NCBI GenBank assembly: GCA_963704725.1
Contig: OY969934.1
Span: 96,001-160,000, forward strand
Source of the DNA: an uncultured Actinomycetes bacterium
GTDB taxonomy: Bacteria; Actinomycetota; UBA4738; HRBIN12
DNA: 64,000 nucleotides
Reading direction: 5' to 3'
Under the pieces are notes generated by a model that was given only the letters and a program-made list of their open reading frames with translations, made no database searches and had not been told where the DNA came from. Of the stretch, positions 30,049 through 38,885 are shown piece by piece. The first letter of the stretch is position 1; each line of letters starts with the position of its first letter. A program made the translations under genes and the position numbers.

Positions 30049-30857
30049 GGACGCTTGGGGAACCGCGTGAAGTCCGGATCGCGCCGCTCGACGAAGGCGT
30101 CCCGGCCCTCCTGCGCTTCCTCGGTCATGTAGTACAGGAGCGTCGCGTCGCCGGCGAGGTGCTGCACGCCGGCCAGGCCGTCGACGCCGGCGTTGTAGCC
30201 GGACTTGAGGAGCCGGAGCGCGAGTGGGCTCATCCGGAGCATCTCGCGGCACCACCGGACGGTCTCGGCCTCGAGCTCGTCAAGCGGCACGACCGCGTTC
30301 ACGAGGCCCCAGGCGAGCGCGGTCGCCGCGTCGACCTGCCGGCACAGGAACCAGATCTCCTTGGCCCGCTTCTCGCCGACCTGCCGAGCCAGGAGGTGGA
30401 TGCCGTACCCGCCGTCGAACGAGCCGACCCTCGGCCCCGTCTGCCCGAACCGGGCGTTGTCCGCGGCGATCGTGAGGTCGCAGCAGACGTGGAGCACGTG
30501 CCCGCCGCCGATCGCGTAGCCGGCCACCATGGCGACGACGGGCTTGGGGAGCCGGCGGATCTGGATCTGCAGGTCGAGGACGTTCAGGCGCGAGGTCCCG
30601 GCCTCGTCGAGGTACCCGTCGTCGCCCCGGATGCGCTGATCCCCTCCGCTACAGAACGCGTCGGGGCCCTCGCCGGTCAGGATCACGACCCCCACCGCAG
30701 GGTCGTCCCGCGCCGCCTCGAAGGCGCGCGAGAGCTCGCGCACGGTGAGCGGGCGGAACGCGTTGCGCACCTCGGGCCGCGCGATCGTGATCTTCGCGAT
30801 GCCCTCGTCCGTCTCGTATCGGATGTCTCGGTACTCGCCCGACGGCGTCCAGTTCAT
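30045..30857 (-). CDS. menB: DHNA-CoA (naphthoate) synthase
   Basis: [30 protein letters not shown]. Confidence 0.95.
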   Translation of the reverse strand: MNWTPSGEYRDIRYETDEGIAKITIARPEVRNAFRPLTVRELSRAFEAARDDPAVGVVILTGEGPDAFCSGGDQRIRGDDGYLDEAGTSRLNVLDLQIQIRRLPKPVVAMVAGYAIGGGHVLHVCCDLTIAADNARFGQTGPRVGSFDGGYGIHLLARQVGEKRAKEIWFLCRQVDAATALAWGLVNAVVPLDELEAETVRWCREMLRMSPLALRLLKSGYNAGVDGLAGVQHLAGDATLLYYMTEEAQEGRDAFVERRDPDFTRFPKRP

Positions 30858-30912
30858 TCGACCGTTCACTCCGAGAGCGGCCACTCACAAGGTCTGGGCT
30901 AGCCTACCGGAT

Positions 30913-32121
30913 GTGAGCCGGACGCTCTGGGGCTCGGGCGGCATCCGCGAGGGGGACCTGGTGGCGGTCGCGCTCACCCCGGGGCCGGGGTGGATGGACC
31001 TGGTCCGCGAGGTGTGGGCGGCCGGGGCGGCGCTCATGCCGATCGATCCCCGACTGCCGTATGCCGAGGTGGGCACCCTGTTGCACCTGGCCCGGCCGAC
31101 CGCCCTCATCTCGGACGTCGATGGCGCCCCGGACCTCGATCGCCGGCCCGAGGGCGTTCCCGTCGATGAGGGAGTGACCCTCGTCATCCCCACATCCGGC
31201 ACGGCCGGGGACCCGAAGCTGGTCCAGTTCGACCGAGGGGCGATCGACGGCGCCGTCGCCGCCTCGACGTTCGCCCTCGAGGCCACCCCCCGCGACCCGT
31301 GGATCTGTTGTCTGCCCCTGGCCCACGTCGGAGGGATCCTCGTCCTCCTTCGCGGGGTGCTGCTGGGGGCGCCCGTGACGGTCCACCGGTCGTTCGACCC
31401 GGCGTTCATCCGCGCCGAGCCCGACGTCGCGTTCATGTCGCTGGTCCCGACGATGCTCGGCCGCCTCCTCGTCGCGGGCGTGGACCTGGCGCGCTTCCGG
31501 GCGATCCTGGTGGGAGGCGCGCACTTGACCCCCGACCTCCGTGCCCGTGCCGAGCGCGCAGGCGCCCGCGTGATCGAGACCTACGGCCTGACCGAGTCGT
31601 GCGGCGGCGTGGTCTACGACGGCCTGCCGCTGCCGGGGGTCGAGATGCGGGTGAACGAGGACGGCGGGATCGAGCTCCGGGGGCCGATGCTGATGCTGGG
31701 GTATCGGTTCGACGTCGAGGCGACGAAGCGCGCGTTCACCCAGGACGGGTGGCTGAAACCGGGCGACGCCGGCGAGATCGACGCCGAGGGACACCTGCAC
31801 GTCGTCGGTCGGATCGACGACCTCATCAACACCGGCGGCGAGAAGGTGTGGCCGGAGGAGGTCGAGGCCGCGATGCGCGAGCACGCCCTCGTCGCGGAGG
31901 TGGGCGTGGGTGGCCGGCTCGACCCGGAGTGGGGGCAGCGGGTCGTGGCGTTCGTCGTGCCGTCCGATCCGGACCGGCCTCCCACGCTCGCGGAGCTGCG
32001 GGACTTCGTCGCCGATCGGATCGGGAGGCACAAGGCGCCCCGCGAGCTCGAGATCGTGCCCGAGCTGCCGCGGACGGTCTCCGGCAAGCTCCGCCGGGCC
32101 GCCCTCCCCGAGGTGGAATAG
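30913..32121 (+). CDS. menE: O-succinylbenzoate-CoA ligase
   Basis: TSGTAGDPK, LPLAHVGG, TYGLTE, GRIDDLINTGGEKV; adjacent to menB. Confidence 0.85.
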   Translation: MSRTLWGSGGIREGDLVAVALTPGPGWMDLVREVWAAGAALMPIDPRLPYAEVGTLLHLARPTALISDVDGAPDLDRRPEGVPVDEGVTLVIPTSGTAGDPKLVQFDRGAIDGAVAASTFALEATPRDPWICCLPLAHVGGILVLLRGVLLGAPVTVHRSFDPAFIRAEPDVAFMSLVPTMLGRLLVAGVDLARFRAILVGGAHLTPDLRARAERAGARVIETYGLTESCGGVVYDGLPLPGVEMRVNEDGGIELRGPMLMLGYRFDVEATKRAFTQDGWLKPGDAGEIDAEGHLHVVGRIDDLINTGGEKVWPEEVEAAMREHALVAEVGVGGRLDPEWGQRVVAFVVPSDPDRPPTLAELRDFVADRIGRHKAPRELEIVPELPRTVSGKLRRAALPEVE

Positions 32122-32153
32122 GCGCGGGTTATCCTCGTTGGGAGGCCGTTGAG

Positions 32154-33122
32154 ATGACCGAGACGCGCGACGTGGTGATCCTGGGCTCGGGGCCGGCCGG
32201 CTACACGGCGGCCCTGTACGCGGCCCGGGCCAACCTCCGGCCGCTCCTGCTGAAGGGGCTCGAGGCCGGGGGCCAGCTCATGCTCACCACCGACGTCGAG
32301 AACTACCCGGGCTTCGCCGACGGCATCCTCGGCCCCGAGCTCATGGACGCGATGGAGAAGCAGGCGGCTCGGTTCGAGGCGGAGGTCGTGGCGCAGAGCG
32401 CCACCCGGATCGACCTGTCCGAGCGTCCGTTCCGCGTCTGGGCCGGCGACGAGGAGTGGCGGGGCCGCACGCTGATCGTCGCCACCGGGGCGAGCGCGAA
32501 GTGGCTCGGCGTCCCCGGCGAGGAGCGGCTCCGGGGCCGGGGCGTCTCGGCCTGTGCGACGTGCGACGGCTTCTTCTTCCGCGACCGGCGGCTCGTCGTG
32601 GTCGGCGGAGGGGACACGGCGATGGAGGAAGCGACCTTCCTCACCAAGTTCGCCAGCGACGTCACGATCGTGCATCGGCGTGACGAGTTCCGCGCGTCGA
32701 AGATCATGCAGGAGCGCGCCCTTTCCAACCCGAAGATCTCGGTCGTGTGGGACAGCGCCGTGCAGGAGATCCTCGGCGACGGCGCGGTGACGGGCGTTCG
32801 GCTCGAGAACCTGCGGACCGGCGAGGTCCGCGGGGTGGACACCGACGGGGTGTTCGTGGCGATCGGCCACACGCCCAACACGTCCCTGCTCCAGGGACAG
32901 CTCGAGCTCACCGAGAGCGGCTACCTCGTCGTCGAGGAGCCCACGACCCGGACGAGCGTTCCAGGCGTGTTCGCGGCGGGAGACGTCACCGACCGGATCT
33001 ATCGTCAGGCGGTGACGGCGGCGGGCCAGGGCTGCAAGGCAGCGATCGACGCCGAGCGGTTCCTCGAGGCCGAGGGTCACAGGGTCCCGGCCACCGAGTT
33101 GAGCCGCGAGGCGATCGGGTAA
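32154..33122 (+). CDS. trxB: Thioredoxin reductase
   Basis: GSGPAG, CATC, GGGDTAMEEA. Confidence 0.97.
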   Translation: MTETRDVVILGSGPAGYTAALYAARANLRPLLLKGLEAGGQLMLTTDVENYPGFADGILGPELMDAMEKQAARFEAEVVAQSATRIDLSERPFRVWAGDEEWRGRTLIVATGASAKWLGVPGEERLRGRGVSACATCDGFFFRDRRLVVVGGGDTAMEEATFLTKFASDVTIVHRRDEFRASKIMQERALSNPKISVVWDSAVQEILGDGAVTGVRLENLRTGEVRGVDTDGVFVAIGHTPNTSLLQGQLELTESGYLVVEEPTTRTSVPGVFAAGDVTDRIYRQAVTAAGQGCKAAIDAERFLEAEGHRVPATELSREAIG

Positions 33123-33159
33123 CGACACCATCGGATCGACGAGGGAAAGGACCGAGGAC

Positions 33160-33492
33160 GTGGCGCTGATGGGTGCGGTGACTGACGGGGACTTCGAGGA
33201 GCTGGTGCTCCGGTCGGACACGCCGGTGCTGGTGGACTTCTGGGCCGAGTGGTGCGTGCCCTGCCACATGGTCTCGCCGGTGGTCGAGGAGATCGGGCGC
33301 GACAAGGGCTCGACCCTGCAGGTGGCGAAGCTGAACATCGACGAGAACCCCGAGGTCACGCGGAAGTACGGCGTCATGAGTATCCCCACGCTGATGCTGT
33401 TCAAGGATGGCGCGGAGGCGGCCCGCGTGGTCGGCGCTCGCGGCAAGGACGCGCTCCTTCGCGAGATCGACCCGCACCTCGTGGCGGTCTGA
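33160..33492 (+). CDS. trxA: Thioredoxin
   Basis: DFWAEWCVPC, SIPTL. Confidence 0.95.
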   Translation: MALMGAVTDGDFEELVLRSDTPVLVDFWAEWCVPCHMVSPVVEEIGRDKGSTLQVAKLNIDENPEVTRKYGVMSIPTLMLFKDGAEAARVVGARGKDALLREIDPHLVAV

Positions 33493-33541
33493 GCCCGACC
33501 GCCGGTTGCCGTCCCGGTTCGCCTGCCGGGACACTGCGTGC

Positions 33542-34630
33542 GTGGACCTGATCCGCAAGGGCAACCGGGGCGAGGCCGTGCGCGACGTCCAGCACCGACT
33601 CCTGGCGGCCGGGCTGCGCGTCGACGCCGACGAGCTCGACGGGACGTTCGGAGCCTCGACCGAGCGCGCGGTCCAGGAGTTCCAGCGCCGGCGCGGCCTT
33701 CCGCCGGACGGGCTGGTCGGCCTCGACACCTGGAACCAGCTCGTCGAGGCCGGCTACCGGATCGGCGACCGCACCCTGTACCTGCGCTCCCCCGCCTTCC
33801 GCGGCGACGACGTCCGGGAGCTGCAGCGCATGCTGAACGCCCTGGGATTCGACGCCGGCAAGGAGGACGGGATCCTCGGCGCCCAGACGTCGGGAGCGGT
33901 CCGGGACTTCCAGCACAACGTGGGAGCCAGGATCGACGGCATCGTCGGGCTCGACACCGTCCGCTCCCTGGAGGGCATGCGCCCGCCACTCGGAGCTCCC
34001 GGGCGGGCCGTGGTCCGCGAGGCAGAGGCGGCCCGCCACATGGGCGCCACCCTGTCGGGATCCGTGGTCGCGGTGGATCCGGGTCACGGCTCGGGCGACC
34101 CGGGGCTCGTCGCGAACGGGGTCGTCGAGTCCGAGCTGACGTGGCGCGTGAGCGAGGCACTCGCGGCGGAGCTGGGCCGGCGAGGCGCCCGCGCCCTCCT
34201 CCTGCGAGCGCGAGACGAGAACCCCGAGGTGAGCGACCGCGCTCGCCGCGCCAACGCCGCCGAGGCGATCCTGTGCGTCTCGATCCATCTCGGCGGGGGC
34301 GAGCTCACCCCGTCCGGCGGCGTGTGCTGCTACTACGGCACGCCCACGACCCACTCCCCCATGGGCCTGCACCTGGCCGAATCGATCCGCGCGGAGCTGG
34401 CCCGGATGGCCCTGCCCGACGGCGGCGTGCGGCCGCTCGCGATCGCGATCCTGCGCGAGACGCGCATGCCGGCCGTCCAGATCGAGCTCGCGGTGGTGGC
34501 CGATCCGAAGGAGGCCGCTCGGATCCGTGAACCGACCTTCGACCAACAAGCCGGGGGCGCGATCGCCGAGGGCATCGAGCGGTTCCTCGGCGCCGGGCGT
34601 CCCTCGCAGACGCGGGCCGCGTCAGGCTGA
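33542..34630 (+). CDS. cwlM: CwlM-like N-acetylmuramoyl-L-alanine amidase with two peptidoglycan-binding domains
   Basis: Two PG_binding_1 repeats plus Amidase_3 (DPGHG, SIH, LRETRMPAVQIE); follows trxA. Confidence 0.85.
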   Translation: MDLIRKGNRGEAVRDVQHRLLAAGLRVDADELDGTFGASTERAVQEFQRRRGLPPDGLVGLDTWNQLVEAGYRIGDRTLYLRSPAFRGDDVRELQRMLNALGFDAGKEDGILGAQTSGAVRDFQHNVGARIDGIVGLDTVRSLEGMRPPLGAPGRAVVREAEAARHMGATLSGSVVAVDPGHGSGDPGLVANGVVESELTWRVSEALAAELGRRGARALLLRARDENPEVSDRARRANAAEAILCVSIHLGGGELTPSGGVCCYYGTPTTHSPMGLHLAESIRAELARMALPDGGVRPLAIAILRETRMPAVQIELAVVADPKEAARIREPTFDQQAGGAIAEGIERFLGAGRPSQTRAASG

Positions 34631-34750
34631 GCGTCGGGTCGCCGGCGGGCGCGATCGGCGCGAGAGGAACAGGAGCAGCACCCCCAGGAGCGCGCCCAGG
34701 CCGACCGCCTTGCCGGCGCGCCGAACCTCGTCCGGGGAGAGGCGGTTCAC
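34622..34750 (-). CDS. Small membrane protein (42 aa)
   Basis: MNRLSPDEVRRAGKAVGLGALLGVLLLFLSRR...; TACGAT 6 nt before GTG (leaderless pattern). Confidence 0.55.
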   Translation of the reverse strand: MNRLSPDEVRRAGKAVGLGALLGVLLLFLSRRSRPPATRRSA

Positions 34751-34783
34751 CTCGGTATCGTAGCCAGCCCGACCCGGAGGGAG

Positions 34784-35737
34784 ATGCCCGTGCGGTTCAG
34801 CCTGATGCTGGAGGGGCAGGAGGGCGTGTCGTGGCCGCAGTGGCTCGCGATCGCGCAGGCCTGCGAGCGGCTCGGGTTCGAGGGCCTGTTCACCTCCGAC
34901 CACTACCTCTCGGTCGTGCCCGAGCCCGGCTCGAACGACGCGTGGACGCTGCTCGGCGCCCTGGCCGCGCGGACCCAGACGCTTCGCCTGGGCACGATGG
35001 TCTCCCCCGTGACGTTCCGGCTTCCGGCCGTCCTGGCCAAGGCCGCCACGACGGTCGACCGGATCTCGGGGGGCCGGGTGGACGTCGGGATGGGCGCGGG
35101 CTGGTGGGAGCAGGAGCACCGGACCCACGGCTTCCCGTTCCCCCCCGTCGGCGAGCGCCTGGAGATGCTCGAGGAGCAGCTGGAGATCGTCCACGGTCTG
35201 TGGACCGAGGAGGAGCTCTCCTTCGCCGGCCGCCACTACACGATCGAAGGGGGACGCTTCGAGCCCAAGCCGGTGCAGCGGCCGCACCCGCCGATCATCG
35301 TCGGCGGCAAGGGCGGACCGGCCATCGCCCGGCTCGCCGCCCGGTGGGCGGACGAGTTCAACCGGGTGGGCGGCACGCCCGAGGACGTGCGCGAGGCGTT
35401 CGAACGCGTTCGCGCGGCCGTCGGCGCAGCGGACCGGGATCAGGCGTCGTTCACGACGTCGTTCATGACCTGGGTCTTCGTGGGCCGGACGGAGGACGAA
35501 TGGCGTGCCCGGGCCGACCGCGCGCGTTCGCTCGACCCCACGGCGGGCCCGCTCGACGCGTACCTGGAGGACGTCTCGCGGGACTGCATCGTCGGCACCG
35601 TCGATCGGGCCATCGATCGCATGAACGCGTATGCCGACGCGGGCGTGCAACGCTTCGTCCTGAACCACGAGCTGTTCGACGACCTCGAGCACATCGAGCT
35701 CATCGCCACGGAGATCCTCCCCCACGTCGTGGCGTGA
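34784..35737 (+). CDS. LLM-class (probably F420-dependent) oxidoreductase
   Basis: FTSDHY, TVDRISGGR...GMGAGW, PKPVQRPHPPIIVGG. Confidence 0.88.
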   Translation: MPVRFSLMLEGQEGVSWPQWLAIAQACERLGFEGLFTSDHYLSVVPEPGSNDAWTLLGALAARTQTLRLGTMVSPVTFRLPAVLAKAATTVDRISGGRVDVGMGAGWWEQEHRTHGFPFPPVGERLEMLEEQLEIVHGLWTEEELSFAGRHYTIEGGRFEPKPVQRPHPPIIVGGKGGPAIARLAARWADEFNRVGGTPEDVREAFERVRAAVGAADRDQASFTTSFMTWVFVGRTEDEWRARADRARSLDPTAGPLDAYLEDVSRDCIVGTVDRAIDRMNAYADAGVQRFVLNHELFDDLEHIELIATEILPHVVA

Positions 35738-35784
35738 GCTCGCCCGCGTGACCCAGGCCGAACACGCGATAGCATCGTCGGCCC

Positions 35785-37011
35785 ATGGCCGAGTTCAACG
35801 TCGACCCGTTCTCCGACCGCTACGCGCGCCGCGCGGCCGGGATGTCCGCGTCCGAGGTGCGCGCGCTGTTCGCGGTGGCCTCGCGACCCGACGTCGTGTC
35901 CCTGGCCGGCGGCATGCCGTTCGTGCAGGCCCTGCCCACCGAGCACGTGCTGGAGGTCGTGGAGGCGGTCCTGATGGAGCGGGCCGACGTCGCGCTGCAG
36001 TACGGCGCGGGGCAGGGGTCGCCCCACCTTCGCGAGCGGTTGGCGATGCTCATGGCCGAGGAGGTGACGCCGGCCGACCCGGAGGACCTCGTGGTCACGA
36101 CGGGGGCCCAGCAGGCACTCGACCTCGTCGGCAAGATCCTCATCGACCCCGGGGACACGATCGTGGTCGAGGCGCCGGCGTACGTGGGGGCCCTGTCGGC
36201 GTTCAGCGCCTACGAGCCCCGCTACCTCCAGATCGACCTGGACGACGACGGCATGGTCGTCGACCAGCTCGAGGAGGCGCTCCTGCACGGCGAGCGCCCG
36301 AAGTTCGTGTACACGGTCCCCAACTTCCACAACCCCGCCGGCGTGACGATGTCCCGACGCAGGCGCGAGCAGCTCGTCGCGCTCTGCCGAGAGGCCCGCG
36401 TCCCCATCGTCGAGGACAACCCGTACGGCCTCCTGCGCTTCGAGGGCGCGCCGGAGCCGACGCTCCGCTCGCTCGACCCGCACAACGTCATCTACCTCGG
36501 GACGGTGTCGAAGGTCTTCGCTCCGGGCGTTCGCGTCGGGTGGGCGGTGGCCGAACCCGGTGTGCTGCAACGGTTGGTGCTCGCGAAGGAGGCTGCCGAC
36601 CTGTGCGGCAGCCAGTTCACGATGCTCGTGACCGAGCGGTACTTCGACGGCGAGCTGTGGCGGAGCACCCTGGCGAAGCTGGTCGAGACCTACCGCAGCC
36701 GGCGCGACGTGATGCTCGCATCGCTGGCCGAGCGCTTCCCGACCGACGCCACGTGGACGAGTCCGTCGGGCGGCTTCTACGTCTGGGTGACCCTCCCCGA
36801 GTACTTCGACACGCCGACGTTGCTCGCCGCCGCGGTGGACCGCAAGGTCGCCTACGTTCCCGGAACCGCGTTCTACCCGGACGGCCGCGGCCGGCGGCAG
36901 ATGCGGCTGTCCTTCTGCTATCCGACGGAGGACCGCATCGAAGAGGGGGTGCGGCGTCTCGGCGAGCTCCTCGCGGATGAGGAGGAGCTGTACCGGTCGC
37001 TGTCCCAATGA
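35785..37011 (+). CDS. PLP-dependent aminotransferase class I/II (LysN/MocR-like)
   Basis: SLAGGMP, NFHNPAG, EDNPYG, SKVFAPGVRVGW. Confidence 0.9.
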   Translation: MAEFNVDPFSDRYARRAAGMSASEVRALFAVASRPDVVSLAGGMPFVQALPTEHVLEVVEAVLMERADVALQYGAGQGSPHLRERLAMLMAEEVTPADPEDLVVTTGAQQALDLVGKILIDPGDTIVVEAPAYVGALSAFSAYEPRYLQIDLDDDGMVVDQLEEALLHGERPKFVYTVPNFHNPAGVTMSRRRREQLVALCREARVPIVEDNPYGLLRFEGAPEPTLRSLDPHNVIYLGTVSKVFAPGVRVGWAVAEPGVLQRLVLAKEAADLCGSQFTMLVTERYFDGELWRSTLAKLVETYRSRRDVMLASLAERFPTDATWTSPSGGFYVWVTLPEYFDTPTLLAAAVDRKVAYVPGTAFYPDGRGRRQMRLSFCYPTEDRIEEGVRRLGELLADEEELYRSLSQ

Positions 37012-37946
37012 GGCGGATCTCGGTCCTCGCCGGCGGTCGCTCCCCCGAGCGCGAGGTCTCCCTGCGCTCGGGCCATCGGGTCGCGTCGGCGCTGCAGGGG
37101 CGCGGCCTCGAGGCCGTGCTCCTCGACCCGTCGGAGGGGCCCTTCGTCGAGAACCTCTCCGCCGCAACGGTTTCGGCGTGTTACGTCGCGCTCCACGGGA
37201 AGGAGGGGGAGGACGGAACGGTCCAGCGGCTGCTCGATCTCCTGGGGATCGCGTACACGGGGAGCGAGCCCCGAGCCTGCCAGCTCGCATTCGACAAGGT
37301 GCTGGCGAAGGAATCCCTCGACGCGGCCGGGGTTCCGACGCCCGCCTGGGCCGGAATCCAGGCCTCGGCCCTTCGGGATCTCCAGGCGGGCCACGCCCTG
37401 CACTCGGTCGTCGAGCGGCTCGGACTCCCCCTGGTCGTGAAGCCGTCCCGCGCCGGGTCGGCCATGGGGCTGACCTTCGTCGGCCACGAGCGCGATCTTC
37501 CGGGCGCGGTCATGACTGCGCTGTCCTTCGCCGACACCGCCGTCATCGAGCGCCGGATCGAGGGCGTCGAGGTCGCGGCCGGACTCCTGGCGGGCGCCGA
37601 GGCCCTCCCCCTCGTCGAGATCGTCCCCAAGTCCGGGGTGTTCGACTACGCCGCGAGGTACACGGCCGGCTCGACGGAGTACTTCGCGCCGGCTCGAGTG
37701 GACCTCGACGTCGCGACGGCCGCGCAGGCCGCCGCGGCCCGAGCCTTCGAGGTCCTCGGGCTGCGCGACGTGGGGCGCGTCGACGTCATGATCGACGGAT
37801 CCGGTTCGCCCTGGGTGGTCGACGTCAACGTCTCGCCCGGGATGACCGACACCAGCCTGCTGCCGATGGCCGCCCTGGCGGCCGGCATCGCCTTCGACGA
37901 GCTGTGCGATCGCGTCCTGCAGCTGGCGCTCGAACGGGAGCCGTGA
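37008..37946 (+). CDS. ddl: D-alanine--D-alanine ligase family protein
   Basis: GGRSPEREVSLRSG, LHGKEGEDG, FDYAARY, NVSPGMT. Confidence 0.88.
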   Translation: MRRISVLAGGRSPEREVSLRSGHRVASALQGRGLEAVLLDPSEGPFVENLSAATVSACYVALHGKEGEDGTVQRLLDLLGIAYTGSEPRACQLAFDKVLAKESLDAAGVPTPAWAGIQASALRDLQAGHALHSVVERLGLPLVVKPSRAGSAMGLTFVGHERDLPGAVMTALSFADTAVIERRIEGVEVAAGLLAGAEALPLVEIVPKSGVFDYAARYTAGSTEYFAPARVDLDVATAAQAAAARAFEVLGLRDVGRVDVMIDGSGSPWVVDVNVSPGMTDTSLLPMAALAAGIAFDELCDRVLQLALEREP

Positions 37947-37991
37947 TCGCCTAAGAGCGTTGCACCACAAGGAGTTACGAGAGTCCGCTTG

Positions 37992-38885
37992 CTACTCTGG
38001 CGCGAGGCCCGGCCCGGACCCGATGATCTCCGAGACGATGCGGTCCAGATCGTCCGCCGAGCCGAACTCGATCACGACCTTGCCCCGACGCCGCCCCATC
38101 TGGATCGTGACCCGCGTCGCCAGCTGCTCCGAGAGCAGCTCCTCGACCTCGGCCAGCGGGTTGGCCGTGGGCTCGTCGGGAACGGCCTGGAGTGCCGCCT
38201 TCGGCGCAGCCCCGGCCGGATGCTCGAGGTAGTTCCGCACCAGCTCCTCGACCTCACGGACGGTGAGGTCCTCCGCGGCGATGCGCACGGCCAGGGTGCC
38301 CTGCGCCTCGCCGTCGGCGAGCGAGAGGAGGGCGCGCCCGTGCCCCGCCTGGATCCTCCCCTGCGCCAGGAGGCGCTGGACGTCGGGGGGGAGCTGCAGG
38401 AGCCGGATCGTGTTCGCGATGTGCGATCGCGACATGCCGAGGCGCTCGGCGAGGGTCTCCTGCTTCAACCCGAGCTCCTCGAGCAGCTCCCGGAACGCCT
38501 CGGCCAGCTCTACGGGGTTGAGGTCCTCACGGTGGATGTTCTCGATCAGCGCCTCGCGGAGGGACTCGGCATCGTCGCTGTCGCGGATCACGGCCGGGAT
38601 GGTGGCCAGGCCGGCCTTCTTGGCCGCCCGGAGCCGGCGTTCGCCGGCGATGAGCTCGAACCCGCTCGCCGCCTTGCGCACGACGATCGGCTGGAGCACG
38701 CCGACCTCTTGGATCGACAGCGCGAGGGCGTCCAGGGAGTCGTCCTCGAACGTCGTTCGAGGCTGCCTGGGATTGGGCGCCACCGCGTTCACGGGGATCT
38801 CGAGGAGCCCGGCCCCGGCTCCCTCCTCCACCGCTCCCGGGATCAGGGCCGAGAGCCCCCGCCCCAGCCCACCTCGCTTCGTCAT
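37992..38885 (-). CDS. parB: Chromosome partitioning protein ParB
   Basis: GLGRGLSAL, PNPRQPR, IAGERRLRA, ENIHREDL. Confidence 0.97.
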   Translation of the reverse strand: MTKRGGLGRGLSALIPGAVEEGAGAGLLEIPVNAVAPNPRQPRTTFEDDSLDALALSIQEVGVLQPIVVRKAASGFELIAGERRLRAAKKAGLATIPAVIRDSDDAESLREALIENIHREDLNPVELAEAFRELLEELGLKQETLAERLGMSRSHIANTIRLLQLPPDVQRLLAQGRIQAGHGRALLSLADGEAQGTLAVRIAAEDLTVREVEELVRNYLEHPAGAAPKAALQAVPDEPTANPLAEVEELLSEQLATRVTIQMGRRRGKVVIEFGSADDLDRIVSEIIGSGPGLAPE

